From the sequence record AP017925.1: a stretch of DNA of 64,000 nucleotides. One strand, 5' to 3'. The translations under genes were made by a program, and so were the position numbers. Numbering within the stretch: position 1 is the stretch's first letter; each line of letters starts with the position of its first letter. Below the pieces are notes generated by a model, which saw nothing but the letters and a program-made list of their open reading frames with translations, ran no database searches and was not told the DNA's origin. Positions 18,787 through 28,147 of the stretch are shown one piece after another.

Positions 18787-20400
18787 ATGCAAGAACAAGT
18801 TATCAAAATCCATCGCAAGAAAGAACCCATCGACTTCAAGAAACCCGGGGAGCGTATCAAAACCATCGCCGAGGTCAAGGACATTCTGTTCGCTGAACTG
18901 AAAGTCCTGAACGTGATCCTGACCAACGCCTGCAATCTCTCGTGTAGCTACTGCTTCGAACAGCACAAACAGGACTACGGCAAGTTCACCCAAGAACAAC
19001 TGAAGCAAGTGTATGACTTCCTGCTGAACGCCAACACTCAGCCGCATCGCCACTTCCAGTTCTTTGGTGGTGAGCCGTTGGCGCAGAAGAAGAAGATCCT
19101 CGACTTCTGTCGCGACCACAAGGACGAACTCTCGGCCAACAAGGAGCAGGTGCGTGTGTCGATCGTGACCAACGCGCTGCTCCTGACACCGGAATTCATC
19201 GAGGAATACTGCAGCTACGATTTTACGTCGCTGGTCATTTCTTTGGACACGGATGATGCCGAGTCGAACCGTCGCGAACTGACGCAAGAGAACATCGACT
19301 ACATCTTCGAGATGATCAAGCTGTTGCCTGACTCGATGATGCGCGATGCTCACCACGTCTCGATTCGTTGCACCATCAACGAAGAGAGCGTACCGCACCT
19401 CGATCGCTTCATGGAGCGTCTGTATGCGTCCGGCGTGCGCAATTTCGTGATCCATCCGCTGATCCTCGCTAAGGATCAAGGCGCCATTGAATGGCAGCCG
19501 GGTATGTGGGAGCGGATGTACCATTCACTGCATCAAGCCATGCATCGCTGGGACGACTTCAAGATCACCTGGGCCGAAGGCGTGGGTGTGAAAGGCGAGT
19601 CCAACTGCATGGTCGGTTCGGACATGATTGCGATGGACGCCTCGGGTGACTTCAGCGGTTGCTACTTCCTGACCAACCTGAAAGAAACCTACGGCAACAC
19701 GATGCTCGGCAATCTGTTCCGCGACGAGATCTACATCGATCGTTACGTCGAGTTCCAGCAAGCCTATGCCAAGTCGCTGGAACACGAACAGTGCCAGTCG
19801 TGCCACCTCAAGAACTTCTGCTACCAGTGCCCGGCTGGTAATGCAGCTACTGGTGGTTCGCTGTTCCGTCCGGACTCGATGTGCAAGCGCATTGTGGAAC
19901 TGTTCCTCACTCTGCGTCAGGACTTCAACCGTAAGGCTTTGCTCCAACAGTTCAAGGAGCTGGAAGAAGCTGTTGTCCAGCAAGGTCCGATTGCTCAGTC
20001 TCGTGCAGTGCTGCATTGCATCTACCGCGAGTTCACTGGTGAGATTCAGGACAACGCCATCATTGACGCTTATGAAGAACTGCCGGCACCGCACACGCTG
20101 CTCTTCATGTTCAAGCAAATGCTGGAAGGCGGTTTGACTAGCATTCCGCCGCTCGACGTGTGGGTGTCTGGACTACTGCGCCGCAACCCTCGTCCGGAGG
20201 AAAGCATCGATCCGTACGAGTTCTACCTGTTCTTGTGCAAGCTACGTGGTATCCCGATCGATTTCAAATACACTCCGAATGGTTCTGTTCAAGAGCAGAA
20301 CTACTTTATCACCCTGACTCACTTGCTGATTTTCGATGAAAGTCGTTATCTCAGCAAATACGATCCGGAACACAGCCGGTCTCGTATTCTCGACCTGTAA
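18787..20400 (+). CDS. Radical SAM/SPASM maturase 1 with C-terminal extension
   Basis: CNLSCSYC, FFGGEP, SPASM cysteines CMVG..SGC and CQSCHLKNFCYQCP..C. Confidence 0.93.
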   Translation: MQEQVIKIHRKKEPIDFKKPGERIKTIAEVKDILFAELKVLNVILTNACNLSCSYCFEQHKQDYGKFTQEQLKQVYDFLLNANTQPHRHFQFFGGEPLAQKKKILDFCRDHKDELSANKEQVRVSIVTNALLLTPEFIEEYCSYDFTSLVISLDTDDAESNRRELTQENIDYIFEMIKLLPDSMMRDAHHVSIRCTINEESVPHLDRFMERLYASGVRNFVIHPLILAKDQGAIEWQPGMWERMYHSLHQAMHRWDDFKITWAEGVGVKGESNCMVGSDMIAMDASGDFSGCYFLTNLKETYGNTMLGNLFRDEIYIDRYVEFQQAYAKSLEHEQCQSCHLKNFCYQCPAGNAATGGSLFRPDSMCKRIVELFLTLRQDFNRKALLQQFKELEEAVVQQGPIAQSRAVLHCIYREFTGEIQDNAIIDAYEELPAPHTLLFMFKQMLEGGLTSIPPLDVWVSGLLRRNPRPEESIDPYEFYLFLCKLRGIPIDFKYTPNGSVQEQNYFITLTHLLIFDESRYLSKYDPEHSRSRILDL

Positions 20401-20413
20401 GGTAACTTAACCC

Positions 20414-21496
20414 ATGAACTACGATAACATCCAGGACGTCTCGATCTATGTGGGTCCTGCGTGCAACTTCAACTGCACGTATTGTGATCGCGCCTACGTA
20501 AACAACGTAGGTGTGGATTCTGCTGAATGCGATCCGGCCTTGGTCGACTTCGTAGTTGATGTGGTGCTGCACTCCGAGCGTCCGATGGTTTCCTTCCACG
20601 GTGGGGAACCATTTGTTTACATCAAGACCATGGAGAAGATCATCGAGGCCGTGCTCGAACGCGTACCAGATTTCAAGGAACGCGGCGCGATCTTCTTCAT
20701 CCAGACCAATGGCTCGCTGATTACCCGTCAGCGAGCTTTCTTCGAGAAATACAAAGAGGTGCTCTACGTGAGCATCTCTTACGACTTCAAGTACCAGGGC
20801 GATAACCGCACTGCGTACGACATTGACTCAACCCTGCAACTCTTGAATGATCTGGGGATTGGGACGAACCTGCAATACGTGATTCCGACCTACGACAAGA
20901 ACGCTTGCGATCACGCAGCGTACTCGGAAGTCATGCGGTTGTTCTCCAAGTTTAAGCTGGGGCAACTGAACCTGATCCTGTTGCGTCACATTCGGCAGGA
21001 AGATAAATTCGAAACAGTGATCGCGGATGAGAGCATCGACCTAAAGGGATTCTTCCTCGGCTTCATGCGCTTCGTCCAGTTGCTGTACGTCTCAGGTATC
21101 AATGTCCACATCGACGGTCATGCCAACAAGATCGATAAGAACTATTACAACAACCATAAGCAAATGGTGCTCGCTCCAAATGGCCTGATCGTACCGGAGT
21201 ACCAGTTCATCGAGTATGATGATTACGATTTCGCTATCGGTCGCTGGAAGCCTTACGTGGAGATCTCTCGTGATCAGATGCCGGAGAAGGCCGCCAAGAA
21301 GATTCGCAAAGAGTGCCAGACTTGTCCGATGGCGGACATCTGTGGTTTGCGTTATCACTACGCAATGTTCGATATGGACCCGCCAACTCCGCAACGGTGC
21401 AAGGAGTTCTACTCTCTGAACCTGATCGCGATCAAGCACCTGTACAAACTGAAAGAGCAACCCACCCTTCTCCACCATCTGGGAGTTCAGCAATGA
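20414..21496 (+). CDS. Radical SAM enzyme 2 with partial SPASM domain
   Basis: CNFNCTYC, SFHGGEP, QTNGSL; C-terminal CQTCPMADIC..C. Confidence 0.9.
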   Translation: MNYDNIQDVSIYVGPACNFNCTYCDRAYVNNVGVDSAECDPALVDFVVDVVLHSERPMVSFHGGEPFVYIKTMEKIIEAVLERVPDFKERGAIFFIQTNGSLITRQRAFFEKYKEVLYVSISYDFKYQGDNRTAYDIDSTLQLLNDLGIGTNLQYVIPTYDKNACDHAAYSEVMRLFSKFKLGQLNLILLRHIRQEDKFETVIADESIDLKGFFLGFMRFVQLLYVSGINVHIDGHANKIDKNYYNNHKQMVLAPNGLIVPEYQFIEYDDYDFAIGRWKPYVEISRDQMPEKAAKKIRKECQTCPMADICGLRYHYAMFDMDPPTPQRCKEFYSLNLIAIKHLYKLKEQPTLLHHLGVQQ

Positions 21497-22641
21497 GTCG
21501 CGCTATCACGATCGAGAATCCGAAAGAGCACTTCATCCGTTACGACGGACTGCTCAACGTCCAGTATGACGTGACGTTTTCGATCTTCAAGAAGTACACC
21601 TGTCAAGCCGGGTGCAAGATCTGTTATATCAAGGATGACTTCCTGCCTAACGAGCAGTTCAAGAAGTATGTCCCGATAGCATCACACGTCAACACGCAGA
21701 GCTACGGCGACCGCCTGCTAGAATTCCTGTCATACTTTCAGATGGCAGCAATCATCGACGACCTGTACTTTGTGCGGGAAGAACATCCGGAGCTGTACAA
21801 GTTCTATCAGGAGTATAGCGAGGCCTTCTGGCTGAGTTCCATGACGGACAACGCAGTGTTCCGTCACCTGCCGATTATTGAGGATGACCTTCGTGTCGTC
21901 GGTCTACGGGAGATCTCGCTCTCCGAGGAATTCTTGTATAAAGTCAACCAAACGAAGTTCTTTAACGCACTGGATAAAATTCAGAGGCGCGCTAAGATAT
22001 TGAAAATAAAGGTAATACTGTCGGGTCTCCCTGGCATCGCGATTCGTGGCAACGATTTGATGCTCTGGTGTCAGAACAATCAAGTGCTCCTAGAGAAGCA
22101 ATACGAGCACGGTGTTGAGCCGAATGGCCGCAGCTTCCTGTCTCAGTTGCCGAACACGCGTTACAGCGATCGCAGCCAGGAAACGCACTTCACTGAAGAG
22201 ATCACCTACAGTGAGAATTCTGGTGAGATGCTGTACCCAATTCACTCTGAGTCGATCTTCTTGCAGTACGATGACTTCTACTCGGAGCTGAAGTCTGCCA
22301 CGCGTGAAGACCGCAGTGCGCCGTTTGCCAAGCTGGATGATTTTGTCCAGAGTCCGCAAGGCTTCTTGGCTAAGGTGCTGGAAGGTAAGCTGACGGATTA
22401 CCGCAAGTATGCTTCGTGGATGCAGAACAAAGATCACGACTACTTCCGTTACTTTGACTATGTGGCGAATAACGTGGTAGTCAATCATGACTTCAACTTC
22501 ATCCCGCGTATCGCTCTGCGGCCAGATAGCGTGTACTATCACAAGCTGATGGAACACACGAAGCTGGTGGATACCCAATACGGGCTCGTGGATTCTGCCG
22601 CGAGCAAGGTCGTTCCAATTTACTCTTTCAGAGAACAATGA
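21493..22641 (+). CDS. Divergent radical SAM-like protein 3
   Basis: ATGA overlap with the previous gene; CQAGCKIC (CxxxCxxC) but no GGEP motif and no auxiliary Cys cluster. Confidence 0.7.
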   Translation: MSRAITIENPKEHFIRYDGLLNVQYDVTFSIFKKYTCQAGCKICYIKDDFLPNEQFKKYVPIASHVNTQSYGDRLLEFLSYFQMAAIIDDLYFVREEHPELYKFYQEYSEAFWLSSMTDNAVFRHLPIIEDDLRVVGLREISLSEEFLYKVNQTKFFNALDKIQRRAKILKIKVILSGLPGIAIRGNDLMLWCQNNQVLLEKQYEHGVEPNGRSFLSQLPNTRYSDRSQETHFTEEITYSENSGEMLYPIHSESIFLQYDDFYSELKSATREDRSAPFAKLDDFVQSPQGFLAKVLEGKLTDYRKYASWMQNKDHDYFRYFDYVANNVVVNHDFNFIPRIALRPDSVYYHKLMEHTKLVDTQYGLVDSAASKVVPIYSFREQ

Positions 22642-23897
22642 GCATAAGCACATTCCGAATCGAGAAGTCGGGTGAAGTGTTTGGTTACGACAACACACTG
22701 AACTCGATCCTCGATGCAAACAACCAGCCTGTGGGTCGAGCTTCGTCTCTCCTGGCTCAGGCTCCGTCGTTCGAGAAATCGAATACTCCTACCACCATCA
22801 AGGTACTGCTCGGGCACGCCTGTAACTACAGCTGCAGCTACTGCGTACAGAAGGACATCGGTAATCCGGCTGAACGTCCGAAGAACATCATGACCAAGGA
22901 GTTGATCAAGAAGATGCGCGCGCATCTCGATCTCTCCAACGTCACGCGGATTGAACTGTGGGGCGGCGAGACGCTGCTCTACTGGCCGGATATCGTTGAG
23001 ATCATCTCAGCACTGGATCGGGAAGGCATTACGTGGTACATCCCGACCAACGGTACGATCCTGCGGATGAAGCACGCTGAGTTCTTCCGCCAGATGAAAG
23101 GCGAGATGACCATCGGCATCAGTCACGACGGTCCGGGTCACGTATCGCTGCGTGGTCCGGAGTTCCTGCATCGCAAGATCGATGAGTTGGGTGCGCTGCA
23201 AGACGCCAAGGTACGGTTCAGCTTCAACGCTGTGATCAGTACCACGAACTACGATCTGTTTGCCATCGATGACTACTTCCGCTTCTTCCTGCTCAAGGCA
23301 GACCTCGATCACGTAGGGCTGGGCTTCGAGCTGGGGCGGACGTATGAGACGGGTGCTTGCGCTACCGAGTCGCACGTGATCACACTGGAGCAGATCCCGC
23401 ACTATCGGTCGATTCTGAAAGCGTATCTCAAGCACCATCTCGATGCGTTCAAGAAAGGTCAAGCGCCGGAAGACATCGATGCCGATACTCGACTGTTCAA
23501 CAGCCTGTTCCATTTCAGCAATGGTGTGATTCCGTACGCGAAGTCGCTAGTTCAGCAAAGCCCCATTCGCTATTACAGCAACTGCGGCACTGATGATCCG
23601 AACCTGATCACGCTGGACATGAATGGCGCTATCCGCGTTTGTCAGAACACGGACGAGAGCTACATCTACGGCAACGTTGCTAATATCGGCGCTGCTAAGA
23701 TGCAGAAGGTCGATTACAGCAAGAACGACTTCTGCAAGGACTGCTCGGTTTTGCGGCTGTGCAATCGTAGCTGCCCGATCGAACTGCCATACGAAACCTT
23801 TTTGACCAACCACCATATCGAGAACGCTCACTACAGCGAGATACAACTCTCGGCGTTTGAGTTGTTGTTCGATAGCCCTATCACCAAAGTGAACTGA
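22638..23897 (+). CDS. Radical SAM/SPASM maturase 4
   Basis: CNYSCSYC, LWGGET, PTNGT; SPASM-like CGTD..RVC and CKDCSVLRLCNRSCP; ATGA overlap. Confidence 0.92.
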   Translation: MSISTFRIEKSGEVFGYDNTLNSILDANNQPVGRASSLLAQAPSFEKSNTPTTIKVLLGHACNYSCSYCVQKDIGNPAERPKNIMTKELIKKMRAHLDLSNVTRIELWGGETLLYWPDIVEIISALDREGITWYIPTNGTILRMKHAEFFRQMKGEMTIGISHDGPGHVSLRGPEFLHRKIDELGALQDAKVRFSFNAVISTTNYDLFAIDDYFRFFLLKADLDHVGLGFELGRTYETGACATESHVITLEQIPHYRSILKAYLKHHLDAFKKGQAPEDIDADTRLFNSLFHFSNGVIPYAKSLVQQSPIRYYSNCGTDDPNLITLDMNGAIRVCQNTDESYIYGNVANIGAAKMQKVDYSKNDFCKDCSVLRLCNRSCPIELPYETFLTNHHIENAHYSEIQLSAFELLFDSPITKVN

Positions 23898-23905
23898 GAA
23901 AACTC

Positions 23906-24742
23906 ATGTCCGACATTCTTGACCGTTTTGTCCTGCCCGAAACTGCAGCCCAAGTTACCGAGCTGCGCGCCCAGCTGGACGCGATGAAGAACCATCGTGT
24001 CTTCGGTATGGTGAAAACCATCGACGACCTGCAAACCTTCATGTCGCTCCACGTCTACGCCGTGTGGGACTTCATGACGCTGGCCAAGCGCCTGCAGTGC
24101 GAGTACACCGGCATCAAGTTCCCGTGGGTGCCGCCGCGCCTCCCCAAGGTCGCCCGTCTGATCAACGAGATCATCCTGGCCGAAGAGTCCGACGACAACG
24201 GTGAGGGCGGTACTTGCAGCCACTTCGAACTGTACGCCATGGCCATGCAAGAAATCGGTGACATCGACATGGAGTCGCTCGAAGCATTCGTAACGAACCT
24301 TCGTTACGGTATCCCGCCGGTGGAATCTGCTAACCGTGCACTGATCAAGGCCGATCCGGAGTTCCGTGCGACTGTCACCAACTACATCGGCGATACTACT
24401 GCCGTGGCTCGCACTGGCCTGCCGGAAGAAGTGCTGGCCTACTTCGTCTTTGGTCGTGAAGATTCGATCCCGGCGATGTTCAGCAACCTGCTTGAGCAGA
24501 TGGGTGATCTGGCTGCCAAAGCGACGACCTTCACGTACTACTTGAAGCGCCATATCCAACTCGACGGTGAAGACCACAGTGTCAAAGCTGCTGAGATGCT
24601 GTCGCTCGAACTGGAAGGCAATCCGATTCGCACGCGCACCGCACTGATCGCTGGTATCAATGCCGCCAAGTCCCGCATTGCTTTGTGGGATGCGATTGCT
24701 GCGAAGCTGGAAGCAACTCAAGCAGCGACGGCAACTGCCTAA
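23906..24742 (+). CDS. DUF3050-family heme-oxygenase-like (PqqC/CADD-fold) diiron oxidase
   Basis: Motifs HVYAVWDFM, PWVPP, INEIILAEESD, SHFELY, FGRED, YLKRHIQLDGEDH. Confidence 0.85.
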   Translation: MSDILDRFVLPETAAQVTELRAQLDAMKNHRVFGMVKTIDDLQTFMSLHVYAVWDFMTLAKRLQCEYTGIKFPWVPPRLPKVARLINEIILAEESDDNGEGGTCSHFELYAMAMQEIGDIDMESLEAFVTNLRYGIPPVESANRALIKADPEFRATVTNYIGDTTAVARTGLPEEVLAYFVFGREDSIPAMFSNLLEQMGDLAAKATTFTYYLKRHIQLDGEDHSVKAAEMLSLELEGNPIRTRTALIAGINAAKSRIALWDAIAAKLEATQAATATA

Positions 24743-24754
24743 TCGACTCACGAC

Positions 24755-24800
24755 GGCATAAAGGAGAGTAGAGGCCAGACGGCCTCTACTCTTTATGTCG
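24755..24800. terminator. Bidirectional terminator closing the radical SAM operon
   Basis: GGCATAAAG..AGAGTAGAGGCC-AGAC-GGCCTCTACTCT..TTATGTCG. Confidence 0.85.
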
Positions 24801-25440
24801 CTATTTTGTCATACTCCGCTAGGTCGATACGGAAGCCATCTTCCAATGCGCCATAAGCAACGCGCATGAACAATTGGAAAGTGATGTGATCGAGCACTTC
24901 CACTTTGAACAACGGCTCGACTATCTTCTTGATGCGTTCCGGTAAGCGATAATCCATAACGTCTTCGAAAGCTGAGTTCAGAATGCGCCGGCGCACCGGA
25001 TCAGCAAACTTCCGATAGCCATCAATCACCTTACAATAGCGGATGAAGGGCTGTACTACAGAAGGAGCCACCCGTCGGAAGAGATGTGTATTGTAGATCT
25101 CTTCAAAGTAGGAAAGTTCATTCTCCGTAAATAGCTGCCGGGGGAAGGTGATACGGCGCCAATACAGTAGGCACTTGTTGTGTCCCATGACATGGAAGTA
25201 GTGCGGCAGAATATCGTACGGGTCCCGGATGATCTGCTCAAAAGCTTCTTGCGGGATAATCGTGCAGAGTTCTGGAACGTCGTAGCTCTCCAACTCTGCT
25301 TCCGGTACAGCGATCAGCTTGTATCCATCCAAGCCAGAGAGAAAGAAGTCATGGTCATCAATCAAGACTGCTTCCACGAGTTCAGGGAGCTGCTTGAGAT
25401 ACTCCACAGCGATGGCGTTCAATTCTTCGATAGTTTTCAT
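24793..25440 (-). CDS. Hypothetical protein (215 aa)
   Basis: Start trimmed to MKTIEEL; converges on the terminator. Confidence 0.65.
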   Translation of the reverse strand: MKTIEELNAIAVEYLKQLPELVEAVLIDDHDFFLSGLDGYKLIAVPEAELESYDVPELCTIIPQEAFEQIIRDPYDILPHYFHVMGHNKCLLYWRRITFPRQLFTENELSYFEEIYNTHLFRRVAPSVVQPFIRYCKVIDGYRKFADPVRRRILNSAFEDVMDYRLPERIKKIVEPLFKVEVLDHITFQLFMRVAYGALEDGFRIDLAEYDKIAT

Positions 25441-25604
25441 CTCAGTTCCCAATAATTCGACACAACAATCCATACAGTGGTGAAAAATAACCGTATAACC
25501 CCCATAGGAGCCCTTTAGAGGCCCTACAGCAGCATAACACGAGTAAAGACAGGACTTTGCCTGTCTTTACTCGCTTATGTCGTCTAAGAGCGTTTATGGC
25601 CGTT

Positions 25605-26219
25605 CTAGAACTTGTTGCAGAAAACAGTCGCGTACAGCTCATCGAGCTTGGCGCGCTGTTCCGGCGTGTAGACATCGTTGCCACCGAAGATGGTGTCGGC
25701 CAGAGTGATCGGCAGGGGAGGCCACTCGGTGATCGTTTCCGGTACTTCCAGATCGATCTTGACCCAGTCCTTCGGATTGCCTTGGGCATCGATGAAGACA
25801 TCCACTTCCCACTTCAGGTCAGTGCCTTCGATCGGGAAGGTGTAACGGATCTTATCCATCGACTCGCCAGTGATCAGGCGGAAGACTTCGTGCAGATCCT
25901 TGGAGACGGGCACGGATACTTCATCGCACTCCCCGCGACCAGTGTAGGCCTTGCCAGTCAGGGTGTAACGTACCTGGCCCATGCCGTTAGTTTCACGGAC
26001 ACGGATCGTACCGCCCTTGCCTTTGAGCGAGGATTGCTTCTGGGTTTCTTGGGAGACCGCTTTCTGCAGCTCTTCCGGATTGGTCAGACGACCGTACCAG
26101 ACGTACTCTTTTTCTTTGGCTTTCTCGCCGTTTTCGAGATCTTCCAGCGCAACGTTCAGCAGACCGAAAGACAGAGATGCCAGTCCGAGCGGGGACTGAG
26201 TCAGGATGTTGGTTTTCAT
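25605..26219 (-). CDS. CYTH-like (triphosphate tunnel) protein
   Basis: E.K.KEY N-terminal motif, IRVR, TLTGK, K.RY.F, WEVDVF, KIDLEV. Confidence 0.7.
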   Translation of the reverse strand: MKTNILTQSPLGLASLSFGLLNVALEDLENGEKAKEKEYVWYGRLTNPEELQKAVSQETQKQSSLKGKGGTIRVRETNGMGQVRYTLTGKAYTGRGECDEVSVPVSKDLHEVFRLITGESMDKIRYTFPIEGTDLKWEVDVFIDAQGNPKDWVKIDLEVPETITEWPPLPITLADTIFGGNDVYTPEQRAKLDELYATVFCNKF

Positions 26220-26321
26220 AGTGAGGAATAGGTGCATGGAGTAAGACATAAAAATAGGCACCGGCATAAAAAGCCTACTAAGGCACCCGAAAGCACCCTA
26301 GTAGGCGTTCACGTCTACCCA

Positions 26322-26603
26322 TTACGAACTCAGCACAAACCGCATGAAGTCGAAGGTGGCTTTGAGCATTTCACCGACGAAGGTGGTGTTCAAATCCTTT
26401 TCCTTGACAACGGCAGCGTAAATCAGTGCCATGACGCTCGATCCGAAGACGAAGATGAAGGTCAAGGTAAATGCCTTAACCAGCCAAGTCTTCAGACTAC
26501 GAGCTTCACGGCGTTCTTCGAGTGCTTCTTCAACAGCGGCTTCCGCAGCCGTAGTGGCGTGGGTTACCGGCAGGACGTCGGGCTTGTTTTCTTCAGCAGA
26601 CAT
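26322..26603 (-). CDS. Small membrane protein, holin candidate
   Basis: Hydrophobic segment LVKAFTLTFIFVFGSSVMALIYAAVV; immediately downstream of the spanin-like pair. Confidence 0.5.
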   Translation of the reverse strand: MSAEENKPDVLPVTHATTAAEAAVEEALEERREARSLKTWLVKAFTLTFIFVFGSSVMALIYAAVVKEKDLNTTFVGEMLKATFDFMRFVLSS

Positions 26604-26653
26604 ACGCTTTCCCTCTCAGAAATCCTACACAAAATAGAGCGTAGGGCTAAGAG

Positions 26654-26992
26654 TTAGTTCGTGGGGGCTGTTGCTGCCGGCGCCGAGGCAGCCGGATCGT
26701 AGATCTTGGCTTGCTTGCCGGACCAATCACGAATCCCGAGCAGGCGGGTATTGGCCACGCCCAGTTCGGAAGTCCGTGCCTGGATCACGTCCATCAGAGC
26801 AGTTTCCTTCTGATCGCAGGTGTATTTGCTGTACGTGTCAGGATCAGGCGGTGCAGACAGACTTACGCGTTCAGTCAGTTCCATCGGAACAGGAATGAAC
26901 TTGTAGAGGATCACCGGTTGTTGGTCTTGCGGGGTGGTAGCGCAGCCCGCCAGACCGAGGGCCAGCGCGAGCGCGATGATTATTGTTTTCAT
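26654..26992 (-). CDS. Outer-membrane lipoprotein, o-spanin (Rz1-like)
   Basis: Lipobox LAGC after a hydrophobic signal; Pro-rich; follows the i-spanin-like gene. Confidence 0.7.
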   Translation of the reverse strand: MKTIIIALALALGLAGCATTPQDQQPVILYKFIPVPMELTERVSLSAPPDPDTYSKYTCDQKETALMDVIQARTSELGVANTRLLGIRDWSGKQAKIYDPAASAPAATAPTN

Positions 26993-27007
26993 GATGGTCC
27001 ACCTTCG

Positions 27008-27472
27008 TTATTTGGCGCAAGCCGTGACCTGCGGCTCCTGCAGGCAGTAGGTCAACCACAAACCTTTCGCACGTTCGAGAGAAATCTCGGTTGCCTTGCG
27101 TTGGTCATTGGCCGTAGTGTGTGGCAACGCATCGTACTTTTTGTTGATGGCGCCGAGTTTGCCTTCGACATACTGCTGCGCCTTGGTCTTGGCTTCGACA
27201 GGTTTGGCTTCAGCAGCCTTGGTAACGGTCTTCACCGACTCGGTAACGCCGTCGCTCTTGACCTTGTCGACAGCGTCTTTCTTCAGCTGCTTGATCTGGC
27301 CGTCTTTGTCCTTGATCTGGTCATCCTTTTGTTGGATGGTGGCGATCTGTTCATCGATGCGCTTGTTCTTGGCGTCGATGATCTTGAAGTTGGCGTAGAC
27401 CGCACCTACGCAGGCAAGCGCGAGCAAACCGCGAAGCAGCCAGCGAGTGGCGAATTCGGAGAGTCCGAACAT
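27008..27472 (-). CDS. i-spanin (Rz-like)
   Basis: Single N-terminal TM segment then a long coiled coil with C-terminal Cys residues. Confidence 0.65.
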   Translation of the reverse strand: MFGLSEFATRWLLRGLLALACVGAVYANFKIIDAKNKRIDEQIATIQQKDDQIKDKDGQIKQLKKDAVDKVKSDGVTESVKTVTKAAEAKPVEAKTKAQQYVEGKLGAINKKYDALPHTTANDQRKATEISLERAKGLWLTYCLQEPQVTACAK

Positions 27473-27545
27473 GATGGAATTCCTTGCAAAAAAAAATAAA
27501 GAAGGGATGGGATGGAGCCCAGTCTAGCTGGGCCCCATAGATTAC

Positions 27546-28139
27546 TTACTCTTCGCAGAGCTTCTTCCACTTGTAATAAGCGATAGCGCCACTGTCAGTC
27601 GAGTGTTCATCGAGTTCTGCGAATTCTGCTGCAGAATGAGCTGCATCGAACTTGGGTAGGATGAGTTTCTTGAGACACTCATGGACTTTCGTCTTACTCT
27701 TCATGTCCTCCTTACCCACAATACCTACAGCCTTCTTAGCCGTAGGCGGATCGACAAGGTCGAGTTGCATGGTGGGATCGTACTTACGTACAGCCATGCG
27801 AATGCCGAATACCACCTCCGTGAGCACCGCAAACGCCTGCGGAAACCTCCGCTTGAGAAAGGGCGACTCGGAGATGATGAAGTTCGGACGAACGTTCAGG
27901 AACACGTTGTACAGTGCCTCCGACAGTTCAATGATGCGTGCGTAACGCTCACTGTGGTTAAGCACGGTCAAATCATCCAACCGCATCTTATCGGCATTGA
28001 ACGTATACGCACACAGACGCAGGATTTCCATCGTACGCACGTCGTATTCGAGCAACGTGCAACCCAGGGTCGTAGACCCCGGGTCGATCCCAACAATGCG
28101 ACCGATATGGTCATCGGGTTCGCAGTTATTGGTGAACAT
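27546..28139 (-). CDS. ruvC: RuvC-like Holliday junction resolvase
   Basis: IVGIDPGS..LG, IISESPF, P..AKKAVG, DEHSTDSGAIA. Confidence 0.85.
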   Translation of the reverse strand: MFTNNCEPDDHIGRIVGIDPGSTTLGCTLLEYDVRTMEILRLCAYTFNADKMRLDDLTVLNHSERYARIIELSEALYNVFLNVRPNFIISESPFLKRRFPQAFAVLTEVVFGIRMAVRKYDPTMQLDLVDPPTAKKAVGIVGKEDMKSKTKVHECLKKLILPKFDAAHSAAEFAELDEHSTDSGAIAYYKWKKLCEE

Positions 28140-28147
28140 ACGAATCC

